Below, piece after piece: positions 48,796 through 56,932 of a DNA stretch of 64,000 nt. The notes below the pieces were generated by a model, which worked only from the letters and a program-made list of their open reading frames with translations, did not search any database and was not told the origin of the DNA. The DNA comes from Verrucomicrobiia bacterium (GTDB taxonomy: Bacteria; Verrucomicrobiota; Verrucomicrobiia; Palsa-1439), in NCBI GenBank assembly GCA_037441425.1, contig JBBISF010000005.1, positions 6,529 through 70,528 on the forward strand. Reading direction: 5' to 3'. The translations under genes and the position numbers were made by a program. Numbering within the stretch: position 1 is the first letter of the stretch; each line of letters opens with the position of its first letter.

Positions 48796-50190
48796 ATGTC
48801 ACGCCGCCAACGAGAACTCGCCATTCAGTTCCAGCAGTTCACCGACGCCTTGGTGATCGCGTTTGTGTTCTGGTTGGCCCACTATTTCCGCGAGTATATC
48901 GCCTACACATATCCGCTCAGTTTCCCGGGGATTGCGCCGTTTCGCTATTACAAATGGTTGTACCTGATCATCCTGCCGATCTGCCCGTTTATCCTCGACG
49001 TCAACGGCTACTACTCGCGCCCGCACAGTGCCGGGTTGCGACAAGTGTTCTGGATGCTGGCCAAGAGCGTGACGTTGAGCGCGCTGGTCGTGATCGCCGC
49101 CATGTATTTCCTCGGCCTGACGAACCTCAGCCGGGGCGTGATCGTGCTGTTTGCCGGATTCACGATGGCAAGCTTGTTCGTCAAAGACCGCCTGTTTCAG
49201 GTGTACTTCCGATTGCACCGGACGCACGGCCGCTACAGCCGCCCCATCATCATTGTCGGCCCCAAAGACCGCAACCAGAACTTCATGAAACTACTGGAAG
49301 ACAACCCGGAGTGGGACTTGCAAGTGGTCGGCGTCATTGAACCGACCGCGGAGCTGCTGCAAAAACTCCCGGCTATGCTGCACCGTTACCCGGTCAATTG
49401 CGTGGTCTTCAACGTCACCCAAACCTCCTTCAGCGAAGTGGAAAAAGCCATCCTCGCCTGCGAAATCGAAGGCGTGGAAGCTTGGTTGGTCGCCGATTTC
49501 GTTCGCACCTCGATCGCCCGCGCGGCGATTGACGATTTCCATGGCAAACCGATTCTCGTGTTCCGCACCACGCCGGACATTTCCTGGCAACTGGTCGGTA
49601 AACGGCTGATTGATATCGTCGGCTCCGCGTTGGGGCTGCTGATTCTTGGCCCGTTCGTGATGTTGCCCGCCGCGATCGCCATCAAGCTCACCTCTCCCGG
49701 ACCGATCCTGTTCCGCCAAAAACGCAGCGGTCTTCACGGACGGATCTTCACCATGTACAAGTTCCGCTCGATGATTAACAACGCCGACATGCTGAAAGCG
49801 GAGTTGGACGCGTACAACGAGAAAACCGGACCGGTCTTCAAGATCAAGGACGACCCGCGCGTGACGCCGTTCGGCCGGTTCATCCGCAAAACCAGCATTG
49901 ATGAGCTTCCACAGCTTTGGAATATTCTCTTGGGCGATATGAGCCTGGTCGGCCCCCGCCCCTTGCCCTATTACGAAGTCGAGAAGTTTGAAAACATGGC
50001 CCACCGCCGGCGCCTCTCCATGAAGCCGGGATTGACCTGCTTGTGGCAAATCACCGGGCGCGACAACATTCAGTTTGAGGACTGGATGCGGCTGGACTTG
50101 AAATACATCGACAACTGGTCGCTCTGGCTGGACCTGAGAATTCTCGCCCAAACCGTCCCGGTCGTCATCGGCGGGTTCGGCGCGCATTGA
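48796..50190 (+). CDS. undecaprenyl-phosphate sugar phosphotransferase (EPS priming transferase)
   Basis: C-terminal bacterial sugar-transferase domain: [16 protein letters not shown]...[17 protein letters not shown]...[21 protein letters not shown]. Confidence 0.85.
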   Translation: MSRRQRELAIQFQQFTDALVIAFVFWLAHYFREYIAYTYPLSFPGIAPFRYYKWLYLIILPICPFILDVNGYYSRPHSAGLRQVFWMLAKSVTLSALVVIAAMYFLGLTNLSRGVIVLFAGFTMASLFVKDRLFQVYFRLHRTHGRYSRPIIIVGPKDRNQNFMKLLEDNPEWDLQVVGVIEPTAELLQKLPAMLHRYPVNCVVFNVTQTSFSEVEKAILACEIEGVEAWLVADFVRTSIARAAIDDFHGKPILVFRTTPDISWQLVGKRLIDIVGSALGLLILGPFVMLPAAIAIKLTSPGPILFRQKRSGLHGRIFTMYKFRSMINNADMLKAELDAYNEKTGPVFKIKDDPRVTPFGRFIRKTSIDELPQLWNILLGDMSLVGPRPLPYYEVEKFENMAHRRRLSMKPGLTCLWQITGRDNIQFEDWMRLDLKYIDNWSLWLDLRILAQTVPVVIGGFGAH

Positions 50191-50234
50191 GATTTTGATT
50201 GCCCCGATCAAAAAAATCTGACAGCACTTTCCAT

Positions 50235-51173
50235 ATGGCTTCCCCTACATCTGTCGTCACCGGTGGCGCCGGTTTCCTCGGCTCGCATTTGTCCGATCGC
50301 CTGCTGGCCGAAGGCCACCGCGTCATCGTCCTCGACAACCTGCTGACCGGCAACACCGACAACATCGCCCACCTTGCCGGCAACCGGAACTTCACGTTCA
50401 TCCACCACAACGTCACCGAATACATCTACCTGCCCGGCCCCGTGGACTACGTGTTCCACTTCGCCTCGCCGGCCAGTCCGATTGACTACCTCGAATTGCC
50501 GATCCAGACCTTGAAAGTCGGTTCGCTCGGCACCCACAACGCCCTCGGCTTGGCTAAAGCGAAAGGCGCGAAATTCCTCCTCGCCTCCACCTCCGAATGC
50601 TACGGCGACCCGCACCAACATCCGCAACGCGAAGATTACTGGGGCAACGTCAATCCCATCGGCCCGCGCGGCGTCTATGACGAAGCCAAACGGTTCGCCG
50701 AAGCTATGACGATGGCCTACCACCGCTACCACCAACTCGACACCAAGATCGTCCGCATCTTCAACACCTACGGCCCGCGGATGCGCCTACGCGATGGCCG
50801 CGTCGTCCCGGCCTTCATCGGCCAGGCGCTCAAAGGCGAACCGCTCACCGTGTTCGGCGACGGCCAACAAACCCGCAGCTTCTGTTACGTCAGCGATCTG
50901 ATTGACGGCATCTACCGGCTCAGCCAATCCGCCTACCACGAGCCGGTCAACATCGGCAACCCCACCGAGTTCACCATCTTGGAATTTGCCAAGCTCGACC
51001 TCCGCCTGACCAACGGCAAAAGCCAGATCGTCAATAAACCACTGCCCGTGGATGATCCCAAACAACGCCGCCCCGACATCGGTCTCGCCAAAAAACTGCT
51101 CGGTTGGGGCCCGAAGGTCGAGTTGGAAGCAGGTTTGGGAAAAACGATCGACTATTTTCGCGACAAGGTGTGA
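50235..51173 (+). CDS. UDP-glucuronate decarboxylase-like NAD-dependent sugar epimerase/dehydratase
   Basis: [18 protein letters not shown] Rossmann motif and the catalytic YDEAKR. Start at the ATG at 50235 (MASPTSVV...). Confidence 0.85.
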   Translation: MASPTSVVTGGAGFLGSHLSDRLLAEGHRVIVLDNLLTGNTDNIAHLAGNRNFTFIHHNVTEYIYLPGPVDYVFHFASPASPIDYLELPIQTLKVGSLGTHNALGLAKAKGAKFLLASTSECYGDPHQHPQREDYWGNVNPIGPRGVYDEAKRFAEAMTMAYHRYHQLDTKIVRIFNTYGPRMRLRDGRVVPAFIGQALKGEPLTVFGDGQQTRSFCYVSDLIDGIYRLSQSAYHEPVNIGNPTEFTILEFAKLDLRLTNGKSQIVNKPLPVDDPKQRRPDIGLAKKLLGWGPKVELEAGLGKTIDYFRDKV

Positions 51174-51178
51174 TCGGG

Positions 51179-51385
51179 TCAGAGTTTCGTCTTCATCCCC
51201 AACGCGCGCAGCACGCACCAGCCGCGCGCGCCTTCGAAGATCATGAACGCCGCGGCCCCCACCAAGAGTCCGGCTGCCCACCACCAGCCGGCCACGGCTG
51301 ACGCGCTTCCACCGAGCAGCACGATCATGCCCATCACCAAGCGCGCTTTGCGACCGCGCTGGTCAATGTTGCAGGCCAGCTTCAT
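51179..51385 (-). CDS. DUF2892-like (YgaP-like) small membrane protein
   Basis: The 68-aa product MKLACNIDQRGRKARLVMGMIVLLGG...GARGWCVLRALGMKTKL matches the DUF2892 pattern (..dR.iR...G.....G...Cp). Start at the ATG at 51385. Confidence 0.4.
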   Translation of the reverse strand: MKLACNIDQRGRKARLVMGMIVLLGGSASAVAGWWWAAGLLVGAAAFMIFEGARGWCVLRALGMKTKL

Positions 51386-51387
51386 CA

Positions 51388-51915
51388 AAGCTTCGAACGC
51401 GACCACAGGCCGGCGGCAAGCGCCAGCACGAAGATCATCACCCAGCGCAATCCCGGCAAGGGGGCCAGGGCTTTGAGCCATTCCGGCCAGATGATCCAGA
51501 GCAACGCCGCCGCCGCCAGCAAAACAATCCCCAGCCATTCCAGAAACTGAAACGTCGCGCGTTCCTCCTCCAGTTCACCACGCAATCGGTGAATCGTTTC
51601 CTTGTCCACGTGCAACGTCTGCGCCGCGGTTTCCGCCAGCACCTGTTCGTCGGTCGCGGCTTCGAGAAATTCCTTCACCAGTTGCCGGGCGCGCGCGGCA
51701 TCCGGCGCCAGCACGGAGATTGAACAGGCTTTGTCGTCCCCGGTGAGCCGTTCGGCGGCATCGAACGGCGGCATCGCCGACGGTTCCCGCAGGTCGGCTT
51801 CAATGGCATTGTCCCGCAGATAACCCACGAGCAATGTGCCTTCCCATTCGTCGCGCGCCTGATGGATCGTGACCAGCTTCTCGCGCGTGAACTGCTCCTC
51901 GGTGTTCATGACCAC
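51388..51915 (-). CDS. hypothetical protein with C-terminal membrane anchor
   Basis: 176 aa: soluble acidic N-terminal domain and C-terminal hydrophobic helices. Its stop overlaps the start of the downstream small gene (TGATG). Confidence 0.45.
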
Positions 51916-51946
51916 AATCTACTCCCGGTCAGGCCGCAATCAACTC

Positions 51947-52333
51947 TCAATCCGCGAGAAGATGCTGTCTGATCTCCGCCTTGAAATCTTCCAGAAAAAA
52001 CGGTTTCCGAATCAACCCCTTCAGCCCGCGCTCGAACATCTTCTGCGCCACGCGATCATCGCACCCGGTCAGAAGCACCACCCGCACATCGGCCTTGATG
52101 TCCTGCAGACACTCGAACATCAACTCGCCGTTCATGTCCGGCATCAGAAAATCCAAAAGAACCAGATCCACTTCATCGGCGTGCTCCCCGTAGTGCTTTA
52201 ACGCGGCTTCCGCCGCGGTGAAACCTTGAACCACGTAGCCTTCCGGCTCCAAGGTCGCCCGCACGATGTCGAGAATCTCCGGCTCGTCATCAATCGCAAG
52301 AATCTGCTTCGGTCGCCCTGCGTCATTGCTCAA
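51947..52333 (-). CDS. single-domain response regulator (CheY-like receiver)
   Basis: KQILAIDDEPEIL...DLVLLDFLMPDMNG...VVLLTG...GLIRKPF is a REC domain; 128 aa. Confidence 0.8.
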   Translation of the reverse strand: MSNDAGRPKQILAIDDEPEILDIVRATLEPEGYVVQGFTAAEAALKHYGEHADEVDLVLLDFLMPDMNGELMFECLQDIKADVRVVLLTGCDDRVAQKMFERGLKGLIRKPFFLEDFKAEIRQHLLAD

Positions 52334-52371
52334 AGCGAACGGACGTTATATCATGGCTTGGTAAGCGTAAA

Positions 52372-53109
52372 GTGAAAACCGCTTTACTAAACAAGATTGT
52401 CATCATTACCGGGGCCTCCAGCGGCATCGGGCGGGAAACCGCCCGGCTTTTCACCGAACGCGGCGCGAGGGTCGTTGCCGCGTCCCGCCGCTCGACTCCG
52501 CCGTGCGACGTGACTTCCGATGACGATGTCCGCCAATTAGTCGCGCGCACCGTGGCCGCGTTTGGCCGCATCGACATCCTCGTCAACAATGCCGGCCTCG
52601 GTCTCCGCGCCGAAGTCGCCGCCACCAAACCCGAAGACGCCCAGCGGGTGATGGACGTGAACTTCTTCGGCACCCTCCGTTGCACGCAGGCGGTTCTGCC
52701 CCACATGCTGCGGCAAAAGTCCGGCCAGATCGTCAATGTCGGCAGCGTCCTCAGTCTGTTGGCCACGCCGAGCAACTCGATCTACAGCGCCAGCAAATTT
52801 GCCGTCCGCGCCTTCAGCGACGCCCTGCGCCTCGAACTCGCCCCACACGGCATCGAAGTCATCCTCATCATGCCCGGCTACACCGATACGCCGTTCTTCG
52901 ACAACCTCATCCGGTATGGCGGCCCGTCGCAGGTCAGCTCCATCAAAGGCCAACATCCCGGCAAGGTGGCCCAAGCCATCGTTCGCGCCTGCGAACAGCA
53001 CCGGCGCGAAGCCGTCCTCACCCTCCCCGGCAAACTTGGGGCGCTAACGAAAAAGTTTGTCCCGCGCCTCCTCGACTGGTCCCTCGCCCATACCCGCCAT
53101 ACTCCTTAA
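52372..53109 (+). CDS. short-chain dehydrogenase/reductase (SDR) family oxidoreductase
   Basis: TGASSGIGRETA cofactor motif, NNAG, and the catalytic YSASKFAV. Confidence 0.85.
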   Translation: MKTALLNKIVIITGASSGIGRETARLFTERGARVVAASRRSTPPCDVTSDDDVRQLVARTVAAFGRIDILVNNAGLGLRAEVAATKPEDAQRVMDVNFFGTLRCTQAVLPHMLRQKSGQIVNVGSVLSLLATPSNSIYSASKFAVRAFSDALRLELAPHGIEVILIMPGYTDTPFFDNLIRYGGPSQVSSIKGQHPGKVAQAIVRACEQHRREAVLTLPGKLGALTKKFVPRLLDWSLAHTRHTP

Positions 53110-53402
53110 AGCGCTTGCTCGAACGTCCGCCACATCTTCTCGTCGAATAAACAAAACACCACCCGGCTCAACCCGGTCTTGCCGCTCAAATACGTCGCCG
53201 TTTCATCGAACATCTGGTTGGCCGCGCGTTCGACCGGGAAACCGTAGATCCCGGTGCTGATCGCCGGGAACGCGATGGGCTTTAGTCCTTTCTCATCCGC
53301 CAAGGCCAACGAACTCCGAATGGCCTTCCGCAACCGCGCATCCGCTTCCGCCGGCTGGCCCGCGACTACGAGCGACTGGCGACGACACTGGCTGGTTATC
53401 AC
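53106..53402 (-). pseudogene. macro-domain (ADP-ribose binding/deacetylase) C-terminal fragment, N-terminal half missing
   Basis: GLKPIAFPAISTGIYGFPVERAA is the C-terminal macro-domain motif. The ORF (GTG start) is only 98 aa and no N-terminal macro motifs are found upstream in any frame. Confidence 0.5.
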
Positions 53403-53477
53403 TGGCTCGCCTTGTCATCCTGATGCTCAAATCCCTGTTTGCCAGAAGTGCATCACAGGCTCTAGACTGACCCGTGG

Positions 53478-55265
53478 ATGAAGGAGAGATTTATGAGCAT
53501 TCGATCTGGAGCAGTTGCCTGGATGGCTTTGCTGGCGCTGACGGCCCCAATGGCGCGAGCGGAAAAGGCGGCACCGTTGTCAGCGCTGGCCAAGATGCCG
53601 GTAAAGGAAATCACGGTATTCAAGGACGGGCATGCGTTCGTGCTGCACACCGGCAAGATGCCGACCGACGAGCACGGGAACGTGCTCATGGATTATCTGC
53701 CGACCCCGGTGATCGGCACGTTCTGGCCGTACTCGGCGGAGAAACGGGCCAAGCTCAGCGCGGTGACGGCCAGTGCCCGGAAGGTATTGGTGGAACGGAC
53801 CGCGCTGAATCTTCGCGAGTTGCTCGAGGCGAATGTTGGTGCTGAAGTATTCGTCACGGAAACGGTTGCAACGAACCACTACCGGGCAACCATTCTGGAT
53901 GTGCCGGCACAGAGTGGTGACGAGTTGGAAGCCATCAGCCCGCCGGATTCCGGCCAGAAGCTACCGGAGCAAGGCAATGTGGTGCTGCTCAAGTTGCAGG
54001 AAGGAGGCGTTAAGGTCGTCGCGCTCGACCGGATTCAAGACGTGACTTTCGTGGGCGACCACAAGGAGAAGGTCGCGCAGGAAGAGTTCCGCAATTTGCT
54101 GACGCTCAAGCTCGATTGGGATGGGCGGCCGCAGAGAGAAGCAGAGGTGGGGTTGTTGTACTTGCAGCGCGGCGTGCGCTGGATTCCCAACTACAAGGTC
54201 ACGATTGACGGCAAGGGCAACGCCGTCGTGAAACTACAGGCGACGCTGATTAACGAACTGACCGACCTCGAAGACGTGACCGCACACTTGGTCATCGGCG
54301 TCCCGACGTTTGCGTTCAAGGAAACGGTGGACCCGATGTCGTTGCAGCAGGCGGTGGCGCAACTCTCGCAGTACTTCCGGCAAGACGCCCAGACGGCGAA
54401 CGGCTTTGCCAATGCGATCATGAGCCAGCAGGCGTTGCGGATGGGAGACTACCGCGGTGCTCCAGCGGCACCCGAGCCGGGCCGCACGATTGACCTCGGG
54501 CCGGAAGTCGCGACTTCTGGCAAGACCGAAGATCTGTTCATGTTCAGTGTGAAGCATGTGACGCTGAAGAAGGGCCAGCGGATGGTGGTGCCGATTACGG
54601 AGTTCACACTCAAGTACAAGGACGTGTACACGCTCGACATTCCGTTCAGCCCGCCGCCGGAGGTCTGGCGCAACTTCAACAACAACCCGCAACAAGCCGA
54701 ACTCGCGCGGTTGTTTAACTCACCAAAAGTCATGCACAAGATTCGACTGACCAACAGCAGTGAGTATCCGCTCACCACCGCGCCGGCGCTGATTCTGCGT
54801 GATGACCGGGTGCTGGCGCAGGGCTTGATGACGTACGCGTCGCCCGGCGCCGATGCCGATTTGGACGTGACAACCGCGGTGGATGTGCGCGTGAAAAAAT
54901 CCGATAACGAAACGAAGCGTACGCCCAATGCTGCGAATTGGCAGGGCGACCAGTACGGACGCATTGACCTCACCGGCAAGATCACGCTCACCAACTTCGC
55001 CAAGCAGCCGGTCGAGGTTGAGATCGTCCGCAACGTGTTAGGCAACGTCACCGAAGCCGATCACGACGGGAGGATTGAGATGGTCAACATCTTCGAGGAT
55101 CCGAGCTTCGGCGCGGGCGGACCGTATCCATACTGGTGGGGTTGGTTCAACTGGCCGTGGTGGTGGCATCACTTCAACGGCGTCGGGCGAATCACCTGGA
55201 TCGTCAAACTCGAGCCCGGCAAACCGCTCGACCTCGACTACACTTGGAATTACTATTGGCGCTGA
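53478..55265 (+). CDS. secreted DUF4139/DUF4140-like protein (paralog 2 of 4, largest, Trp-rich C-terminal segment)
   Basis: Signal peptide MSIRSGAVAWMALLALTAPMARA and the shared family architecture. Unique C-terminal GPYPYWWGWFNWPWWWHHFNG. Confidence 0.75.
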   Translation: MKERFMSIRSGAVAWMALLALTAPMARAEKAAPLSALAKMPVKEITVFKDGHAFVLHTGKMPTDEHGNVLMDYLPTPVIGTFWPYSAEKRAKLSAVTASARKVLVERTALNLRELLEANVGAEVFVTETVATNHYRATILDVPAQSGDELEAISPPDSGQKLPEQGNVVLLKLQEGGVKVVALDRIQDVTFVGDHKEKVAQEEFRNLLTLKLDWDGRPQREAEVGLLYLQRGVRWIPNYKVTIDGKGNAVVKLQATLINELTDLEDVTAHLVIGVPTFAFKETVDPMSLQQAVAQLSQYFRQDAQTANGFANAIMSQQALRMGDYRGAPAAPEPGRTIDLGPEVATSGKTEDLFMFSVKHVTLKKGQRMVVPITEFTLKYKDVYTLDIPFSPPPEVWRNFNNNPQQAELARLFNSPKVMHKIRLTNSSEYPLTTAPALILRDDRVLAQGLMTYASPGADADLDVTTAVDVRVKKSDNETKRTPNAANWQGDQYGRIDLTGKITLTNFAKQPVEVEIVRNVLGNVTEADHDGRIEMVNIFEDPSFGAGGPYPYWWGWFNWPWWWHHFNGVGRITWIVKLEPGKPLDLDYTWNYYWR

Positions 55266-55378
55266 TGAAAATCAGCGTGGTTGAAGACGGCGCGCTGCTC
55301 CGCGACGGACTGGTGGACTTGCTCAAAGGTTCCGGGCATGCCGATCTTGTGGATCATGAGTGCGGTCGAACCTTTTGA
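55265..55378 (+). pseudogene. 37-codon fragment resembling a response-regulator receiver N-terminus
   Basis: MKISVVEDGALLRDGLVDLLKGSGHADLV... then stop. It starts in a TGATG overlap with the upstream stop. Could be coincidental. Confidence 0.25.
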
Positions 55379-55649
55379 ACAACTCTGGCGTCAACCCAAC
55401 CGGATGGGCGACCTCCCGCCCGAAACGTGGTCGGAACAACTCAAGTCGGACCACGAAACCGTGCGCAAGCTCAACAAATACAAAAATCAGGGGGTCCGCG
55501 CTCACTGTTGCATGGTCATCGGTTACCACAAGATCACCAAGGAAGTGGCGACTTCAGACTCGTGGGGAGCGTTCGCACAAGAACGGTGGTTCCCCTTGGA
55601 AGCCTCCCAAAATGTTTTCAGCGATACGTACAGTGTGATCCATTGGTAG
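55281..55649 (+). pseudogene. C-terminal fragment paralogous to the C39-like peptidase domain of the 17547 protein
   Basis: HCCMVIGYHKITKEVATSDSWGAFAQERWFPLEASQNVFSDTYSV aligns with HMRLIIGYNDRAKEILYTDTWGPGHEEKRMSLADAWTITLGLYSV from 17547-18992. No upstream Cys-motif region. Confidence 0.5.
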
Positions 55650-55764
55650 ATTTTGGGTAGCGGCGCATCGGTGATGTCACCTCGTAAAACTTCCAGGATG
55701 GCATTCCTGGTTTTTTTCTGCATGACGAAGGGAACTCTAGCCAACCGGCGGTGTCAGCACGAGT

Positions 55765-56931
55765 ATGAAACCAATCATCATCACCGTTGGTTTGCTCCTG
55801 ATGGTCAACACCGCCCACGCCCGCGTGAAACTGGTCGCGCTGCCGGAACGGGCGCGCGTGGTCGTTTCCCTCGCCAATCCCGACGCGACGCTCGTCGAAG
55901 AGGAACGCGTTCTGACGTTGCAGAAAGGTGTGAACCAGGTGGATTTCTCCTGGCGGGAGGTGAACATCGATCCCGCCTCGATCCAAGTGCGGATGTTGAA
56001 GAATCCGGACAAGGTGCTGGTGCTCAATACCAGCTATCCGCCCAATGAAAACGCGTTAATCTGGGAAGTCAGTAGCCCTGCTGCCAGCGAGGAACGCGTG
56101 CGCATCTCGTACCTGCTCCAAGGTTTGGCGCGCGACATCGTGTACAAAGCCGTAGCCGAGCCGAATGAGAAATCGTTCACTCTCCGCAATTATCTGCGCC
56201 TGCGCAATGATTCGGGTGAAGACCTGACCGATGCCGAGATTGGCCTGGGTTACGGCGCGGACTTCAAACGCAGCATCGGCAACGGCGAAATCCTCGAACT
56301 GCTCTCCGAGCGCCTCGACGGCGTGGTGATCAAGAAGACGTTGAACTGGGACGCCGCGCTGCAGCCGTGGGATCCGGAATACCAAAAGCAGACCGTCGGT
56401 CTGCCGCTCACCTACATCATCCAAAACGACAAGGCCAGCCAACTCGGCGCGCACACGTTGCTGCCCGGCAAGGCGCGCATTTTCATCAAGACCGGCGCGC
56501 CAGGCGAAGGCGTGGCGTTTACCGGCGAGGATTGGGTGACGCTGACGCCGCCCGACCGGGAGTTGAAACTCTCCATCGGCCAGAGCCGCGACGTGAAAGT
56601 CACCCAGCGCAAACTCAAGGAGGACCGGGTCAACATCCGCCGCAACAACAACAATCAGATCGTCCTGTACGACGTGGATGAGGAGTACAAAGTCGAGATT
56701 GAGAACTTCAAGAAGGAGCCCGCGTCGCTGGTGTTGACCGAACACATCCCCGGTTACTGGGAGATGATGAAGAACTCCCACGAACAGCAGTACCGGAAGA
56801 AAGACGCCTACACCATCGAGTATGGCCTCACTTTGCCGGCCGAATCCACGGGCGACCAGAAGACCATCGTCGCCTTCAAGATTCTCCGCAAGAACGTCCA
56901 ACCCAACATCGCGGAGCCGCGGAGCTACTGA
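55765..56931 (+). CDS. secreted DUF4139/DUF4140-like protein (paralog 3 of 4)
   Basis: Signal peptide MKPIIITVGLLLMVNTAHA; shared motifs (GVNQVDFSW, IDPASIQVR) with the other paralogs. Confidence 0.75.
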   Translation: MKPIIITVGLLLMVNTAHARVKLVALPERARVVVSLANPDATLVEEERVLTLQKGVNQVDFSWREVNIDPASIQVRMLKNPDKVLVLNTSYPPNENALIWEVSSPAASEERVRISYLLQGLARDIVYKAVAEPNEKSFTLRNYLRLRNDSGEDLTDAEIGLGYGADFKRSIGNGEILELLSERLDGVVIKKTLNWDAALQPWDPEYQKQTVGLPLTYIIQNDKASQLGAHTLLPGKARIFIKTGAPGEGVAFTGEDWVTLTPPDRELKLSIGQSRDVKVTQRKLKEDRVNIRRNNNNQIVLYDVDEEYKVEIENFKKEPASLVLTEHIPGYWEMMKNSHEQQYRKKDAYTIEYGLTLPAESTGDQKTIVAFKILRKNVQPNIAEPRSY

Positions 56932-56932
56932 C

